Below are positions 21,111 to 31,306 of a stretch of 59,986 nt of DNA, in pieces. The stretch is taken from the IMG/VR virus record IMGVR_UViG_3300020474_000013, positions 1 to 59,986 of that record; one strand, given 5' to 3'. Origin of the DNA: a virus (taxonomy: Duplodnaviria; Caudoviricetes). Each line of letters begins with the position of its first letter. Within the stretch, counting starts at the first letter, position 1. A model generated the notes under the pieces. That model did no database searches and was not told where the DNA came from. It saw nothing but the letters and a program-made list of their open reading frames with translations. Made by a program: the position numbers and the translations under genes.

Positions 21111-21796
21111 TATTCTTCCTCTATTTTTTCATTGTATAAATTATCAAATACTTGGTTTACATCTAAAGTGTAATCTAAATCAGATTTACTATAGTGAATA
21201 TGTTGAGAAGGTTTAAAGTCTGGAGCACCTTCTCCTAATTCAAATTGTGCAGGTCTTGTAACTCTTACTCTATTATTAGGTAAAGCAACTATATTGCCTG
21301 TCCATTTACCTGCATCTAATAATTCAAGAACATGATTTTGTTTATGTTGAGCAGGGTCATCTGCTGTATCAGATTCTGTATAATCTACAGTAAAGTAATA
21401 CTTTGCAGGATAAAATTTACCATCAATTTTTGCCATCCAAGGACAAGGAGAACAATTTTCTAATACATATATACTATGTGTACGAGATGCACAATCCCAA
21501 GGTTGTGCTTCCCAAACTTCCATAGGTTCAGCCCATTCTTCAAAAGGGGTATCTCCAACAAGAGCTGTAATAGGCATCCTTGCCCACATAGCTCCACCAT
21601 GAACATTTGGTTCATCTGTATCGTAAGTTTCTGCACCTGTAAAAATTACTTGGAATGATAGACAGCGTTTTTGAATTGTTGTAACTCCAATAACCATAGC
21701 GTGTAAAAATTCACCATGATATTTTTCGTGATTGTGTGTGTATTCTTTTCTAACCCAACACTTAAAATAAGGTATGCTGCTTTGCAAATAAGCCAT
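21110..21796 (-). CDS. Conserved hypothetical protein
   Basis: 228 aa, coupled; GGAMWARMPITAL, QPWDC and LPNNRVR motifs. Confidence 0.6.
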   Translation of the reverse strand: MAYLQSSIPYFKCWVRKEYTHNHEKYHGEFLHAMVIGVTTIQKRCLSFQVIFTGAETYDTDEPNVHGGAMWARMPITALVGDTPFEEWAEPMEVWEAQPWDCASRTHSIYVLENCSPCPWMAKIDGKFYPAKYYFTVDYTESDTADDPAQHKQNHVLELLDAGKWTGNIVALPNNRVRVTRPAQFELGEGAPDFKPSQHIHYSKSDLDYTLDVNQVFDNLYNEKIEEE

Positions 21797-21985
21797 TTAC
21801 TTATATCCACCACCAGCTTTTTTATAAGCTTTAGCCATCATCTGTGCTTTACGAGCTGACCATTGTCCAGGTCTACCACCTTTACTACCAGATTTTATTC
21901 TACTAAATATTCTTTTTCTTAAACCAGGTTTAGTATAATTACCAGCTTCATTAACTCTTGATTTAGATTTTTTAGCTCTACTCAT
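21797..21985 (-). CDS. Small basic protein, DUF5872-like N-terminal half
   Basis: YTKPGLR...KGGRPGQWSARKAQMMAKAYKKAGGGYK; start moved to MSRAKK. Confidence 0.6.
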   Translation of the reverse strand: MSRAKKSKSRVNEAGNYTKPGLRKRIFSRIKSGSKGGRPGQWSARKAQMMAKAYKKAGGGYK

Positions 21986-22167
21986 GCTATAAATCCTGCT
22001 GTTATTACAGTAGCTACTATAAATGGATAGACTGCCCATATCATCATTTCAATTTTATCAAAACGCTGTGAGCCATCTTCTAATCTTTTGTCAATGCTTT
22101 TGTATAATGCTTTACATTCTCTTTCGTGTGCTTCTATAGCATTTAAAGCATCTTTAATAGTTGCCAT
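21982..22167 (-). CDS. Small coiled-coil protein with C-terminal TM helix
   Basis: 61 aa; HERECKALY...C-terminal TM. Confidence 0.55.
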   Translation of the reverse strand: MATIKDALNAIEAHERECKALYKSIDKRLEDGSQRFDKIEMMIWAVYPFIVATVITAGFIA

Positions 22168-22337
22168 TACTTTTTTGGTGCTACTTCTTTAGCTTTACCT
22201 ATATTTAAAGCTAACATATCAATAAATTTATAAAGTTTACCAATCCACATATCGTCTTTAGGTGTTGGCGTACTTGCTGCTATTATTGAAGCAACTGTTA
22301 CTATTGTTGTTATCCACATAATAATTTCTATTATCAT
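22167..22337 (-). CDS. Small membrane protein (56 aa, not in ORF track)
   Basis: AGGAGA RBS; MIIEIIMWITTIVTVASIIAASTPTPKDD...LALNIGKAKEVAPKK; stop overlaps the next start. Confidence 0.65.
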   Translation of the reverse strand: MIIEIIMWITTIVTVASIIAASTPTPKDDMWIGKLYKFIDMLALNIGKAKEVAPKK

Positions 22338-22414
22338 AGTTTCTCCTTTGTTTTAATCTGCGTTTGCAGACTTAATGTTATTATAGTGCAAAAACATTTA
22401 TCCGCAATCTGCAC

Positions 22415-22957
22415 CTATAAAAAATTAAACCACCCTGTAATAATATATTTTTCTTGATTTTTAGATATTTGTCCTCTATGAGCGTGTGTCCAACCCGCAG
22501 GAAAAATAATTGTTGAACCTTTTTTAGCTTTAGTAACACAATCTTGATATAAGAATTCTGTTCCTCCATTTTTAACATTGTTTAAATATGTGCTAAAAAC
22601 CAAGTGTCTGTTTATAACACTAGGATTACCATCGTTTTCTATATGCCATTTATAAAAACCCCATCCTTTATCATAATATTGTATTTTAGGACGGTGATTA
22701 ATACCATAAAACTCTACATCATCTGCAAATTTATATTTTGAAGTGTATTGTTTTAAACATTTTAATAATTCATTTTTATATAAAAGGTTTGTTAAATCTT
22801 CTGGAGCTATCATTATCTCTAATGATTTTTTTACTTTCTCATCTAACTTACCATTACCAACTCTACCATCTTCTGCGTTAGCTTTATTAACGTTCCAATA
22901 ATTAATTAGTTCATCAACAGCTTCTTCACTTATTTGATATTCGCCTATAAAGTTCAT
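22415..22957 (-). CDS. 2OG-Fe(II) oxygenase
   Basis: WHIE, YLNNVKNGGTEF, FPAGWTHAHRG, KYIITGW. Confidence 0.88.
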   Translation of the reverse strand: MNFIGEYQISEEAVDELINYWNVNKANAEDGRVGNGKLDEKVKKSLEIMIAPEDLTNLLYKNELLKCLKQYTSKYKFADDVEFYGINHRPKIQYYDKGWGFYKWHIENDGNPSVINRHLVFSTYLNNVKNGGTEFLYQDCVTKAKKGSTIIFPAGWTHAHRGQISKNQEKYIITGWFNFL

Positions 22958-23550
22958 TGTTTAAAATAAGCAGGTAAACCAATCATAGGTCTACCATCAA
23001 ATTTATTTTGTTTAGCATCTTTACTACTTGCATCGTTGTAGTGTAAAAATACCTGCCCACAATCTTTACCTTCAAAAGGTTTTCTCCAATGTTCTACATC
23101 ACAACCACGATACATTAACATATCCCCTTGGTTTAAATTTATTTCAATATCAGGTTCTAAATATATTGACCAATTATCACCACCTAAATTCAAAGTAGTA
23201 GATATTTCACAAGAGTATCTATCTTTATGTCTTTTTAACTCATCACCATTTTTATAAATTCTTGCATAAGAATAAGTTTCAATTAGCTTTACACCTGATT
23301 CTTTTTCCATTATTGGCTTAACTTTTTGTAATAAAGTTTCCATAACTATATCAGCGTAATGTGAATAAGTTTCAGGTATTTGATTGTCATTCCAAACTCC
23401 AAAGTATTCAGTAAACTGTGATATATATTTTTCATCAAACAAATATCTTGCTACATCTCTTTTATTTAAAAAATATTGATAACAAAAATCTGCTAGTTCT
23501 TTTGATATAGCACCTTTAATTACTTGGTATTTATTTTTTTTAAAACTCAT
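22954..23550 (-). CDS. 2OG-Fe(II) oxygenase-like protein
   Basis: YARIY...LKRHKDR..CEIS, GDMLMYRGCDVEHWR, QVFLHY. Confidence 0.8.
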   Translation of the reverse strand: MSFKKNKYQVIKGAISKELADFCYQYFLNKRDVARYLFDEKYISQFTEYFGVWNDNQIPETYSHYADIVMETLLQKVKPIMEKESGVKLIETYSYARIYKNGDELKRHKDRYSCEISTTLNLGGDNWSIYLEPDIEINLNQGDMLMYRGCDVEHWRKPFEGKDCGQVFLHYNDASSKDAKQNKFDGRPMIGLPAYFKQ

Positions 23551-24167
23551 TTAAATGGGTATCCTAAATTCCAACACACTAAAGAGTGTCTTATACCTTT
23601 TGTTACAGGTTTAACTCTGTGCCAAACAAAAGAAGGAAAAACTATTACACTTCCTTTTTGTCTTATTTCCTCACATATTCTTGGTTGTGAGCCTTCATCT
23701 GTATTTCTAAAATCAAACTCTAAATCTCCACCTTTATATTCTTCAGGGTCAGTAAGTGATACAGTCATACTAAGTTTTCTTAGCTTACCATGTCTATTTG
23801 GGTTTTTTGGTTCGTCATAGGGTTCTCCAAATGAATCACAATGCCAATCATAAAACTGACCTTTTTTATACTCAGTAAATTGACAAGGCTCTGACCAATC
23901 CCATTCAAAATTCCAACCCGCATTTTCATTTGCTTGATGTATGTAAGGTTGTATTTCGTTATATATCCATCTATCAGACATCCATACCACATCTGACTTT
24001 CTTTTCTTTTGAATGTTTTTAAGTTGTGCTTCTGTAAGTTTGTTTTTATTATTGTTTCCTGTAGTAGCCATTTGTTTATCTTGTTCTTTACCATAGCGTA
24101 CTATATCATCGCATATTCTTTCAGGTATAGCAGATTTAAAATACCAATAATACCATTTAAGATTCAT
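23547..24167 (-). CDS. 2OG-Fe(II) oxygenase (PKHD/prolyl-hydroxylase type)
   Basis: YDWHCD, RKLSMTV, FPSFVWHRVKPVTKGIRHSLVCW. Confidence 0.9.
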   Translation of the reverse strand: MNLKWYYWYFKSAIPERICDDIVRYGKEQDKQMATTGNNNKNKLTEAQLKNIQKKRKSDVVWMSDRWIYNEIQPYIHQANENAGWNFEWDWSEPCQFTEYKKGQFYDWHCDSFGEPYDEPKNPNRHGKLRKLSMTVSLTDPEEYKGGDLEFDFRNTDEGSQPRICEEIRQKGSVIVFPSFVWHRVKPVTKGIRHSLVCWNLGYPFK

Positions 24168-24930
24168 ACTCTTTTCCTGTATTTTTATATTTTTCTATAA
24201 CAGAAGGAAGTAAAAAATCTTCTATTGCATATGGTTTTTTTTCTATTTTATCCGTTCTTATTGTATGTAAATCTACATCACCAAAAATAGAATCATCATA
24301 TTTTATACCTTGTATTTCAAATTGTTTTAAGTTTTTAAAGTTATGTTCAAACTTAGGTATATTAAAAAAATTATAAACACTATTAACTGTACTTTGTGGG
24401 TTAGCAATTAACTGGTCGTATGTAATAAATAAATGCTCATAGTTTTTCTGTATTAAAGGAATTTGTTTAATGGCATTTCCTAAAACACCTGTTTCTGGGT
24501 GCATAAAATAGTCTGCATCTGTTTCAATATTTTCTTTTTTGACTTTAAATGCTTTTAATAACGAAGCTAAACATTCTAGTGGGTTTCTATACAAAATTAA
24601 AAATTTAATTTTTTTATCAAAATACTTTTCTAATAATTCAAGGTTTCCGTCTGAACCCCAATTACACCTATTAATAACATATTTTGTTTTAAATGTTTCA
24701 GAATAAGTATAAAAAGTTTTTCTAATAACATTGTCTAAAGACTCATTATGAGGAAAGTTTTGGTGTTGAGATAATGTTAAATCTTTTTGATTTTTAATTA
24801 AATCAAGCTGGTAAATAATTTCAGTAAGAGGACTATTAGCTGTAAAAGTTATATCTGTATTTTGATTTAAAATACTACCAAGTAAAGTATTACCTGCACG
24901 TTGTAAACTTATACAAAAATATAATTCCAT
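24157..24930 (-). CDS. Sulfotransferase family protein
   Basis: PAPS-binding SLQRAGNTLL and RNPLECLAS motifs. Confidence 0.8.
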   Translation of the reverse strand: MELYFCISLQRAGNTLLGSILNQNTDITFTANSPLTEIIYQLDLIKNQKDLTLSQHQNFPHNESLDNVIRKTFYTYSETFKTKYVINRCNWGSDGNLELLEKYFDKKIKFLILYRNPLECLASLLKAFKVKKENIETDADYFMHPETGVLGNAIKQIPLIQKNYEHLFITYDQLIANPQSTVNSVYNFFNIPKFEHNFKNLKQFEIQGIKYDDSIFGDVDLHTIRTDKIEKKPYAIEDFLLPSVIEKYKNTGKEYES

Positions 24931-24942
24931 TAATAGGTTAAG

Positions 24943-25962
24943 TTAAATCCAATCGCCTTCTTTTTTTAATTCAAATACTCTTCTTAAATTCCAAACACTT
25001 GATGCAGCAAAATCACCGTTTGGGTCATTAACAGCAACAAATCCTGAACCACCATTGCCACCCATTCTTGACGAAGATGCAGGACCATAAGCACCACCAC
25101 CACCTCCGCCACCTTTATTAGTAGCACCAGCAGTTGATGCCAAATCAGATGCAGAGCCGCTTCCATATCCTGTTCCGCCAGTTCCTCCTGGTCCAGGAGC
25201 TCCTCCTTTGTCATTAGGAGCTGAAAGATTGCTATCACCTGCTGCTCCTCCACCACCGTCTGCTCTAGCTACTGGAGAACCTGTAATAGAAGATGCTACA
25301 CCTTGTCCGCCTCTACCTCCGATAACATTATCAGGGTTTCCTTTTTGACCAGCTTCACCTGCTCCACCGCCACCTACAGCACAACCATAGTTTGAGTCTG
25401 GACTTCTAGCACCTCCACCTGGATAACCTTGATTAGCTGTTCCTGCACCCGCAGCACTTCCGTCAGGTTTATTACCAACACCATACCAAATACCAGAACC
25501 TCCGCCTGAGCCTCCATCTTGTCCAAGCTGACTACCACCAGCATTACCACTTGGATTAGTATAAGCAAACCTACTTCCGCCTGAGCCTCCGCCAGCAGAA
25601 GTTATGGGTCCAAAACTAGAATCTGCTCCAGGTCGCCATTCTCCATGTGCTCCTACAGCAACTCCCCCTGCTCCAACTACAACAGGTACTGTTGAGCCTG
25701 CGGTAACAGTTAAAGCTGATTCTGCGGAAGCTCCACCACCAGATGCTTCGCCTGGTGTAGATGACCTGTAACCACCAGCTCCTCCACCTCCGCCAAAAAA
25801 ACCTCCTGCTCCACCACCAGCAACTACTAAATAAGTTACTGAGGTTGTTTTAGAAGGTACTGCATAGTTTGTACTACTGTTAAAAGATGTTACTTTTGCT
25901 GAAAAAACTGGTTCATGGTCTGCTCCAATTAATTGACTTCTTTGATTTCTTGTAATAGGCAT
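24943..25962 (-). CDS. Glycine-rich tail fibre/receptor-binding protein
   Basis: YLVVAGGG...GGGGAGGY and GGNGGSGFV glycine-rich domain. Confidence 0.75.
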   Translation of the reverse strand: MPITRNQRSQLIGADHEPVFSAKVTSFNSSTNYAVPSKTTSVTYLVVAGGGAGGFFGGGGGAGGYRSSTPGEASGGGASAESALTVTAGSTVPVVVGAGGVAVGAHGEWRPGADSSFGPITSAGGGSGGSRFAYTNPSGNAGGSQLGQDGGSGGGSGIWYGVGNKPDGSAAGAGTANQGYPGGGARSPDSNYGCAVGGGGAGEAGQKGNPDNVIGGRGGQGVASSITGSPVARADGGGGAAGDSNLSAPNDKGGAPGPGGTGGTGYGSGSASDLASTAGATNKGGGGGGGAYGPASSSRMGGNGGSGFVAVNDPNGDFAASSVWNLRRVFELKKEGDWI

Positions 25963-25966
25963 AATA

Positions 25967-26428
25967 TTAAATCTCCGTCCATTGTAAATTAGTAGCATCC
26001 CAAACATAATCAGTTTCTGTTACTGGATTAGTACTTTCGTCAAATGTTTTACCTATCCATCTTAAGTTAGCTTCATCCCATCCTGCATTAGCTCTAAGAC
26101 CACTTATATCTGTTTTATTTGGAAAAGTTACTGGAGCCTGCCAATCGTCATTTGAATCTAAAGACCAAGATGAAAATTGTTGAGGTTGTAAAAATTTATC
26201 TTTAGAGCTATCATAAATATAATCAATACCACAGTATTGTTTTCTAAAATTATTGTTATAAGAAGTTTGTTTCCAAGCAACGCCATTTTCTGAATATGGA
26301 ACAATAGACGCTACAAATGTTTCTGCGTCTGCGTGTAAATCGCCACCATTAGCATCTACATCCTCGTTGGATATTACTACTACTCGTATTACTTTATTAT
26401 CGCTATCAAGTTCTGCAAAGTGAGCCAT
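25967..26428 (-). CDS. Conserved tail-associated protein (MAHFAE family)
   Basis: MAHFAELD...WKQTSYNNNFRK...W.AP motif. Confidence 0.6.
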   Translation of the reverse strand: MAHFAELDSDNKVIRVVVISNEDVDANGGDLHADAETFVASIVPYSENGVAWKQTSYNNNFRKQYCGIDYIYDSSKDKFLQPQQFSSWSLDSNDDWQAPVTFPNKTDISGLRANAGWDEANLRWIGKTFDESTNPVTETDYVWDATNLQWTEI

Positions 26429-26439
26429 CTTCTAACTCC

Positions 26440-26805
26440 TTAAGCATCGTCTAAGATTTCACCAGATACTGTGTATTCTAAATCATTATTAGCACTACCC
26501 TGTATTTTCAATATATCTGTTTCATCTAAGTAAAATGAAGAGTTTTTATCTGTAACTATTAGAGTTGAATCTGCTGGTACTGCAACTGTTGATGCAATTG
26601 CATGAGAAGTTGAGCCATTATCATTTGAAATTGAAATAGTTACAGTAGCTGAATTAGTACCATCTATATTTGCAATTATTATTGTGTTTACTTTATGTAG
26701 TTTATCGGCAGCTACATCTATAATGTCTTGATTTGAAGTTGTAACTGCACCATTAATTGTGAATGGTAAAATGGATGTTACGTTTACTATATTTACTGAT
26801 GCCAT
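26440..26805 (-). CDS. Tail-associated structural protein
   Basis: ANIDGTNSA...VPADSTL...YLDETD motif. Confidence 0.55.
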   Translation of the reverse strand: MASVNIVNVTSILPFTINGAVTTSNQDIIDVAADKLHKVNTIIIANIDGTNSATVTISISNDNGSTSHAIASTVAVPADSTLIVTDKNSSFYLDETDILKIQGSANNDLEYTVSGEILDDA

Positions 26806-26819
26806 TGTTGTCTCCTATG

Positions 26820-27806
26820 TTATCCGAATACAATAGCCATGGCAATGGCTTTACCTGTTGAGGTTTTTGTATCAAGTTGGGTTTGTATGTTGGAAGTTAC
26901 TCCATCACTAAAATTAAGTTCTGCTGCTGTTGAAGTAATAGTGGTACTCGCAATAGATAAAGCGTCTGTTTCTAATGTACCATCTATATCTACATCTCCT
27001 GATATATCTAAACTAGCTGCTGTTATTTCACCACCAACTGTAAGTGTAGTAGCCATATCAACCGCACCATCTATATCTACTACATCTAAATTAGTAGTTC
27101 CATCTACATCTATATCTCCTGAAATATCTAAAGCTGTGCCAATTAAAGTTTGTGTTAATGTTATTTGACCATTAGCAGCAATAGTCATAGCATCTACATC
27201 TGAAGCAGAGCCTATAGTTTTACCATCGCCAATAATAATATCATCACTAAAAGTAGCTGTTTGTGCAAAAGTAACACCTCCACCATCAGCTATGGTCATG
27301 GCATCATCTCCATCAGTATATTCTATTAAGGGGGTTTGAATTGAAGAGCTGGTTTCAATAATACCACTTGTTTGTAAATTTAAAGTAGCAAAAGCATCTA
27401 CCATAGCTCCGCCAGAACCAGCACCATCAGAATAAATAACTTTAGTCTTACCTGAAGGTATAGTAACTGTGGCTCCACTACCTTGTTTAATTATTATAGA
27501 TTGAGAACCACTTGTTCCATTTTCTATAATCCATAGTTTAGATACTGTATTTGGTCCTATAGTAATAGTACAGGTAGAATCTAATGTACCTGTATATTTT
27601 AAGAATATAGACCTACCTGGGTCTGTTGCTCCATCTGCTATTGTAGTTGTGTGGGTATCAGCATTAGTTGTAATACCTTCTGTGCCATAACTAAAAGCTT
27701 CTGCTATTAATTCAAGATTTGTATTTGTAGTATCACCCCATGTTCCACTAGCATCGCCAGTAGCCATTTCGTTTAATCTTAAATCATTTACATATGAACT
27801 TGCCAT
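26820..27806 (-). CDS. Tail fibre-like protein
   Basis: SGTWGDTTNTNL N-terminus, LDISGDIDVDGT repeats, C-terminal GVTSNIQTQLD...GKAIAMAIVFG. Confidence 0.65.
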   Translation of the reverse strand: MASSYVNDLRLNEMATGDASGTWGDTTNTNLELIAEAFSYGTEGITTNADTHTTTIADGATDPGRSIFLKYTGTLDSTCTITIGPNTVSKLWIIENGTSGSQSIIIKQGSGATVTIPSGKTKVIYSDGAGSGGAMVDAFATLNLQTSGIIETSSSIQTPLIEYTDGDDAMTIADGGGVTFAQTATFSDDIIIGDGKTIGSASDVDAMTIAANGQITLTQTLIGTALDISGDIDVDGTTNLDVVDIDGAVDMATTLTVGGEITAASLDISGDVDIDGTLETDALSIASTTITSTAAELNFSDGVTSNIQTQLDTKTSTGKAIAMAIVFG

Positions 27807-27825
27807 AATTTTTTCCTTTTATTAA

Positions 27826-28356
27826 TTAAGCTACTTCACTCCAATTTGGAGTTTGTGAAGTAGAAACTTCTGTGTAATTTGGTGTTTGAGAAGTGTCAAC
27901 TAAACCCCAAACATTTACTCCTGTAATTCCTGATAATAATTCATCTAATGTAGTAATTGTTATATCTGCATTAGCTTTAACTGTTTCACTACCTAAAGCT
28001 GTTGTTCCTGATAAACCAGTAACTGATAATATATTAACACTAATTGTACTAACTGTTCCTAAAGAACTTGTAATAGAAATACCAGTAACAGAAACATTAG
28101 CTGCTGCAGAAACTGATTCATCACCAAGAGTTCCTGCTGAAGCAGAACCAGATACACCTGTTACTGCTGCACCTGATGTTATAGCATTACCTAGTGCTGA
28201 TGTTCCTACATTACCTGAAGGTGATATATTAGCTGTACCAGTAACTGTTTCGCTACCTAACGCAGATGTACCTACATTACCTGTAACTGAAACATCTACA
28301 GAAGTAGCACCCCAGTAGTCAGAACCCCAAGTACCTCTACCCCAACCAGTTGCCAC
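27826..28356 (-). CDS. Virion structural protein with VTG/SALG repeats
   Basis: GWGRGTWG N-terminus; repeated VTGxxGTSALG units. Confidence 0.55.
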   Translation of the reverse strand: MATGWGRGTWGSDYWGATSVDVSVTGNVGTSALGSETVTGTANISPSGNVGTSALGNAITSGAAVTGVSGSASAGTLGDESVSAAANVSVTGISITSSLGTVSTISVNILSVTGLSGTTALGSETVKANADITITTLDELLSGITGVNVWGLVDTSQTPNYTEVSTSQTPNWSEVA

Positions 28357-28364
28357 TTAAAATC

Positions 28365-28796
28365 CTATGCTATTCTTATAATAGCATTTGAAGCATCTGC
28401 TGTTGGAAATTGAATAGTAAAATCTCCTGCTGTTGATGTTTTATCTCCACCAAAAGCAAGAACACAGACAGCAGGGTCTCCTGATGCACTATCATTAAAT
28501 ATTAAAGCTCCATTAGCAGTTATAGTGGCTGTACTAAATGTTAAATCAGCAAAATCTGTTAATGCTGTTGTACCTGATGTTGAAGGGTCAACTCTTGTTA
28601 ATGTTCCACCTTTAGCAGTATAGTTAGTACCACTAACTTCATTAGAAGTTGTATATGCAGTTGTACCTGCACCTAATGATGCAGAACTTGTATATAGTGC
28701 TAATTGAAAAGTATTACCACCACTATTTTTAAAATTATGCACTCCTTCTAATAATTCTTGTTTAAATGAAGTACACATTGCTTGTGAAATTGCCAT
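28365..28796 (-). CDS. Virion structural protein
   Basis: MCTSFKQELL...LALYT...FTIQFP motif. Confidence 0.6.
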   Translation of the reverse strand: MAISQAMCTSFKQELLEGVHNFKNSGGNTFQLALYTSSASLGAGTTAYTTSNEVSGTNYTAKGGTLTRVDPSTSGTTALTDFADLTFSTATITANGALIFNDSASGDPAVCVLAFGGDKTSTAGDFTIQFPTADASNAIIRIA

Positions 28797-29086
28797 TAAA
28801 GTCTCCTTATAATATCAGCCATATCTTTATGACCTTGTTTTTGTAATAATCCTGCTACAGTAGCTCTATCACTAGCTATAGCTTGTTTTAAATATAGAAG
28901 TACAACTTGTGTCATACTATCTTTAAATGCTTGTGCTTGTGCTTTAACCATAGGGTCAGCATTATCACTAATAGATATTAATCTATCTATAATTCTTTCA
29001 GTCCAATATTCAGGACTTAAACCTTTGTTGTTAGTAGTTTTAACTGATATATCACCAACATTACTTGTTACATCTACACTAAACAT
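28796..29086 (-). CDS. Hypothetical protein
   Basis: 96 aa, coupled. Confidence 0.55.
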   Translation of the reverse strand: MFSVDVTSNVGDISVKTTNNKGLSPEYWTERIIDRLISISDNADPMVKAQAQAFKDSMTQVVLLYLKQAIASDRATVAGLLQKQGHKDMADIIRRL

Positions 29087-29727
29087 TATGTTACCTGTTG
29101 CCTTACAGGACCAGTCCTATAGTTATCTTTAGTATTTTTACCTTCAGAAAATACTTTTAATCTTTGTATTGCTTCTTGAAATCTTTTTTCATAATTAACC
29201 ATAATATCTGGTTCACCTTTCATAAAAGTATATGCTTCTACTAATGAACCATATAATAAACAATCTGATGCATTTGTACCTAAATAACTTGTTCCATCAC
29301 TACTTGTTGTAATAGATGTTGGTGTATATTCATAATGTAATTCTGCAGTAAAATTTGCATTAGGTGTAGGTGCTACAATAAAAGTATCTTCATCAAATCT
29401 AGCATAATATTTAGGTATTCCTGTTGTAGAACTACTAGGATATGCTTCTCTAATAAAAGCTACATCTTTAAATAATAAATATTCATAGCCACTATTATCT
29501 ACAGATAATGAATGTGCTGATAAAAAGTCTGTAGGTGTTGATAGATATTGATTGCCAGATGTTAAAGTACCTGTAACATTTTTTCTAAATACTGGAAGAG
29601 ATACTAATTTTTGTATTCTATCTTCAGTATTAACAATAAATTCATCTAAGTTATTTACAAAAGTTGTTTCTGTATTATTAGTATAATCTTGTATTGCTGT
29701 TTTTAATGTTGTAAATGTCCATGCCAT
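29086..29727 (-). CDS. Head-tail adaptor-like protein
   Basis: LKTAIQDY, GIPKYYA, APTP and LLYGSLVEAY motifs. Confidence 0.6.
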   Translation of the reverse strand: MAWTFTTLKTAIQDYTNNTETTFVNNLDEFIVNTEDRIQKLVSLPVFRKNVTGTLTSGNQYLSTPTDFLSAHSLSVDNSGYEYLLFKDVAFIREAYPSSSTTGIPKYYARFDEDTFIVAPTPNANFTAELHYEYTPTSITTSSDGTSYLGTNASDCLLYGSLVEAYTFMKGEPDIMVNYEKRFQEAIQRLKVFSEGKNTKDNYRTGPVRQQVT

Positions 29728-30041
29728 TATTCTGTACTCACTTTAACTGTTCCTGTTTTTGTTCTTAAAACTAAACCTGTGCTTGATACAGGATTAAATC
29801 CATAATATTCGGTTGATATTTTTTCACCTCTATCAGGTCTTGGATTATAAAGTGATTGATTGTCTGATGTATCTACCTCACCAATTTTTAATTGAGGATG
29901 GTCTATATCTAAACAATCATCACAAACTCTTAATCCATTACGAATACCATCTTCTATTTCGTATTTTAAATCGTTTAACTTATAAGTAAAACCGCATCTA
30001 TCACAGTCTCCTAAAGCTTTTTTACCTAGAGCATAACTCAT
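29727..30041 (-). CDS. Zn-binding phage protein
   Basis: CDRC...CDDC..DHPQ. Confidence 0.55.
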   Translation of the reverse strand: MSYALGKKALGDCDRCGFTYKLNDLKYEIEDGIRNGLRVCDDCLDIDHPQLKIGEVDTSDNQSLYNPRPDRGEKISTEYYGFNPVSSTGLVLRTKTGTVKVSTE

Positions 30042-30733
30042 CTGTAAACATTCATATCAGGTACAAATTTAACTGGAGCTCTTTCTCTATCTGAATCGCT
30101 TACATCATTCCAAAGTTCATCGTATCTTTGTTTTATCATTGGAACTCTATTTACTGCTTCTGGTATTTTACAAGCTAAATTATATGCAAGTGCATATGTA
30201 AGACAAGGTAAGTATCTATTAGGAACATCTGCATTATTACTTGCAACATTACCTGCATCTTCTATTCTTTTAATATAGTCATAGACTAAAGTATATGTTT
30301 CTGAAGAATCAGGAGTTGCCCACAATACTATATTGTTAGAGCTAGTTCCTTTATCTACAAAAAACTGTGTTGGTTTTGATTGTAATAATTTAACAGCTTG
30401 ATGATTGTATTCTGTTCTTGATATTCTATTTAGTCTTTGGTCAAACTGATTAGAAGTATCTCCTGCATCAGTTCTAATAAAAGCATCTACAACTTCAAGA
30501 GCACTAGATTCTATTGCGTAACTACTTGTACCAGCAGTAAGTGTTTGAGTAGCTTGTTCTATTTTCCAAAGGTTTAATCCTTTGTTTTGCCATTCTAAGA
30601 ATATAAGATTTAAAGCTCTTTTAGCTCCTTTATAGTCATAACCAGAACGCAACTCACTACCGCACAAATCATAGGCTTCTTCCATGATGTCGGCTAAATC
30701 TAATGTAAATGCTGTTGTTCCACTTGTTGCCAT
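30038..30733 (-). CDS. Head-tail adaptor / tail tubular A-like protein
   Basis: MATSGTTAF...EWQNKGLNLW...PCLTYALAY. Confidence 0.6.
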   Translation of the reverse strand: MATSGTTAFTLDLADIMEEAYDLCGSELRSGYDYKGAKRALNLIFLEWQNKGLNLWKIEQATQTLTAGTSSYAIESSALEVVDAFIRTDAGDTSNQFDQRLNRISRTEYNHQAVKLLQSKPTQFFVDKGTSSNNIVLWATPDSSETYTLVYDYIKRIEDAGNVASNNADVPNRYLPCLTYALAYNLACKIPEAVNRVPMIKQRYDELWNDVSDSDRERAPVKFVPDMNVYR

Positions 30734-30993
30734 TATTTTTCTTCTTTATAGTCAGTAGAATACCTTTTAAAAGCTCTGTCTCCTTTAAGTTTATACATAA
30801 ATTCTTTATTTGGTCCTAGTTTTTTTCTAGCTTTTTTAAAAGCAGCATCAAAGTTTGATTCGTTAGTAGCTCCTTTAGGTACTCCAGGAATAATAGTATT
30901 TGCAAAAGAAACTGCTTTTTGTTTAGCCGTTCCGCTACGCTCTGAGCTATTATCATTTGTATCTTTACCTTCAGAAAATCTATTTCTTTTCAT
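30733..30993 (-). CDS. Hypothetical protein
   Basis: 86 aa; F.AAF..AR...F.Y...YSTD motif. Confidence 0.5.
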   Translation of the reverse strand: MKRNRFSEGKDTNDNSSERSGTAKQKAVSFANTIIPGVPKGATNESNFDAAFKKARKKLGPNKEFMYKLKGDRAFKRYSTDYKEEK

Positions 30994-31006
30994 AATTTAT
31001 TCCTCA

Positions 31007-31297
31007 TCAACACTTCCACCTTCTACGAGCCTGTCTAATTCTTGAATTAGGGTCGTTTCTAGTTTTAGCTGAACTTCTTTTAAGTTGTCCTAAAGACCTT
31101 GCACAGTAAGATTTTCTGCGTTTTGCAGCCTTACTACCTTTTTTTACTTTACCTGTTACTGCTGTTTTTAATTTAGAACCAGGATTTAAACGCCTATAAG
31201 CTTTAACACCAGCTTTAGTCATACCAGCACCAGATTTAGTAGAACGAAAGTTCTTCTTATTCCTAGATGGCATTTTAGCCTGTTTTCTTATAGGCAT
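31007..31297 (-). CDS. Small basic protein (DUF6321-like)
   Basis: GMTKAGVKAYRR.NPGSKLKTAV...RRKSYCARS...RRWKC. Confidence 0.65.
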   Translation of the reverse strand: MPIRKQAKMPSRNKKNFRSTKSGAGMTKAGVKAYRRLNPGSKLKTAVTGKVKKGSKAAKRRKSYCARSLGQLKRSSAKTRNDPNSRIRQARRRWKC

Positions 31298-31306
31298 AAG
31301 TATTAG

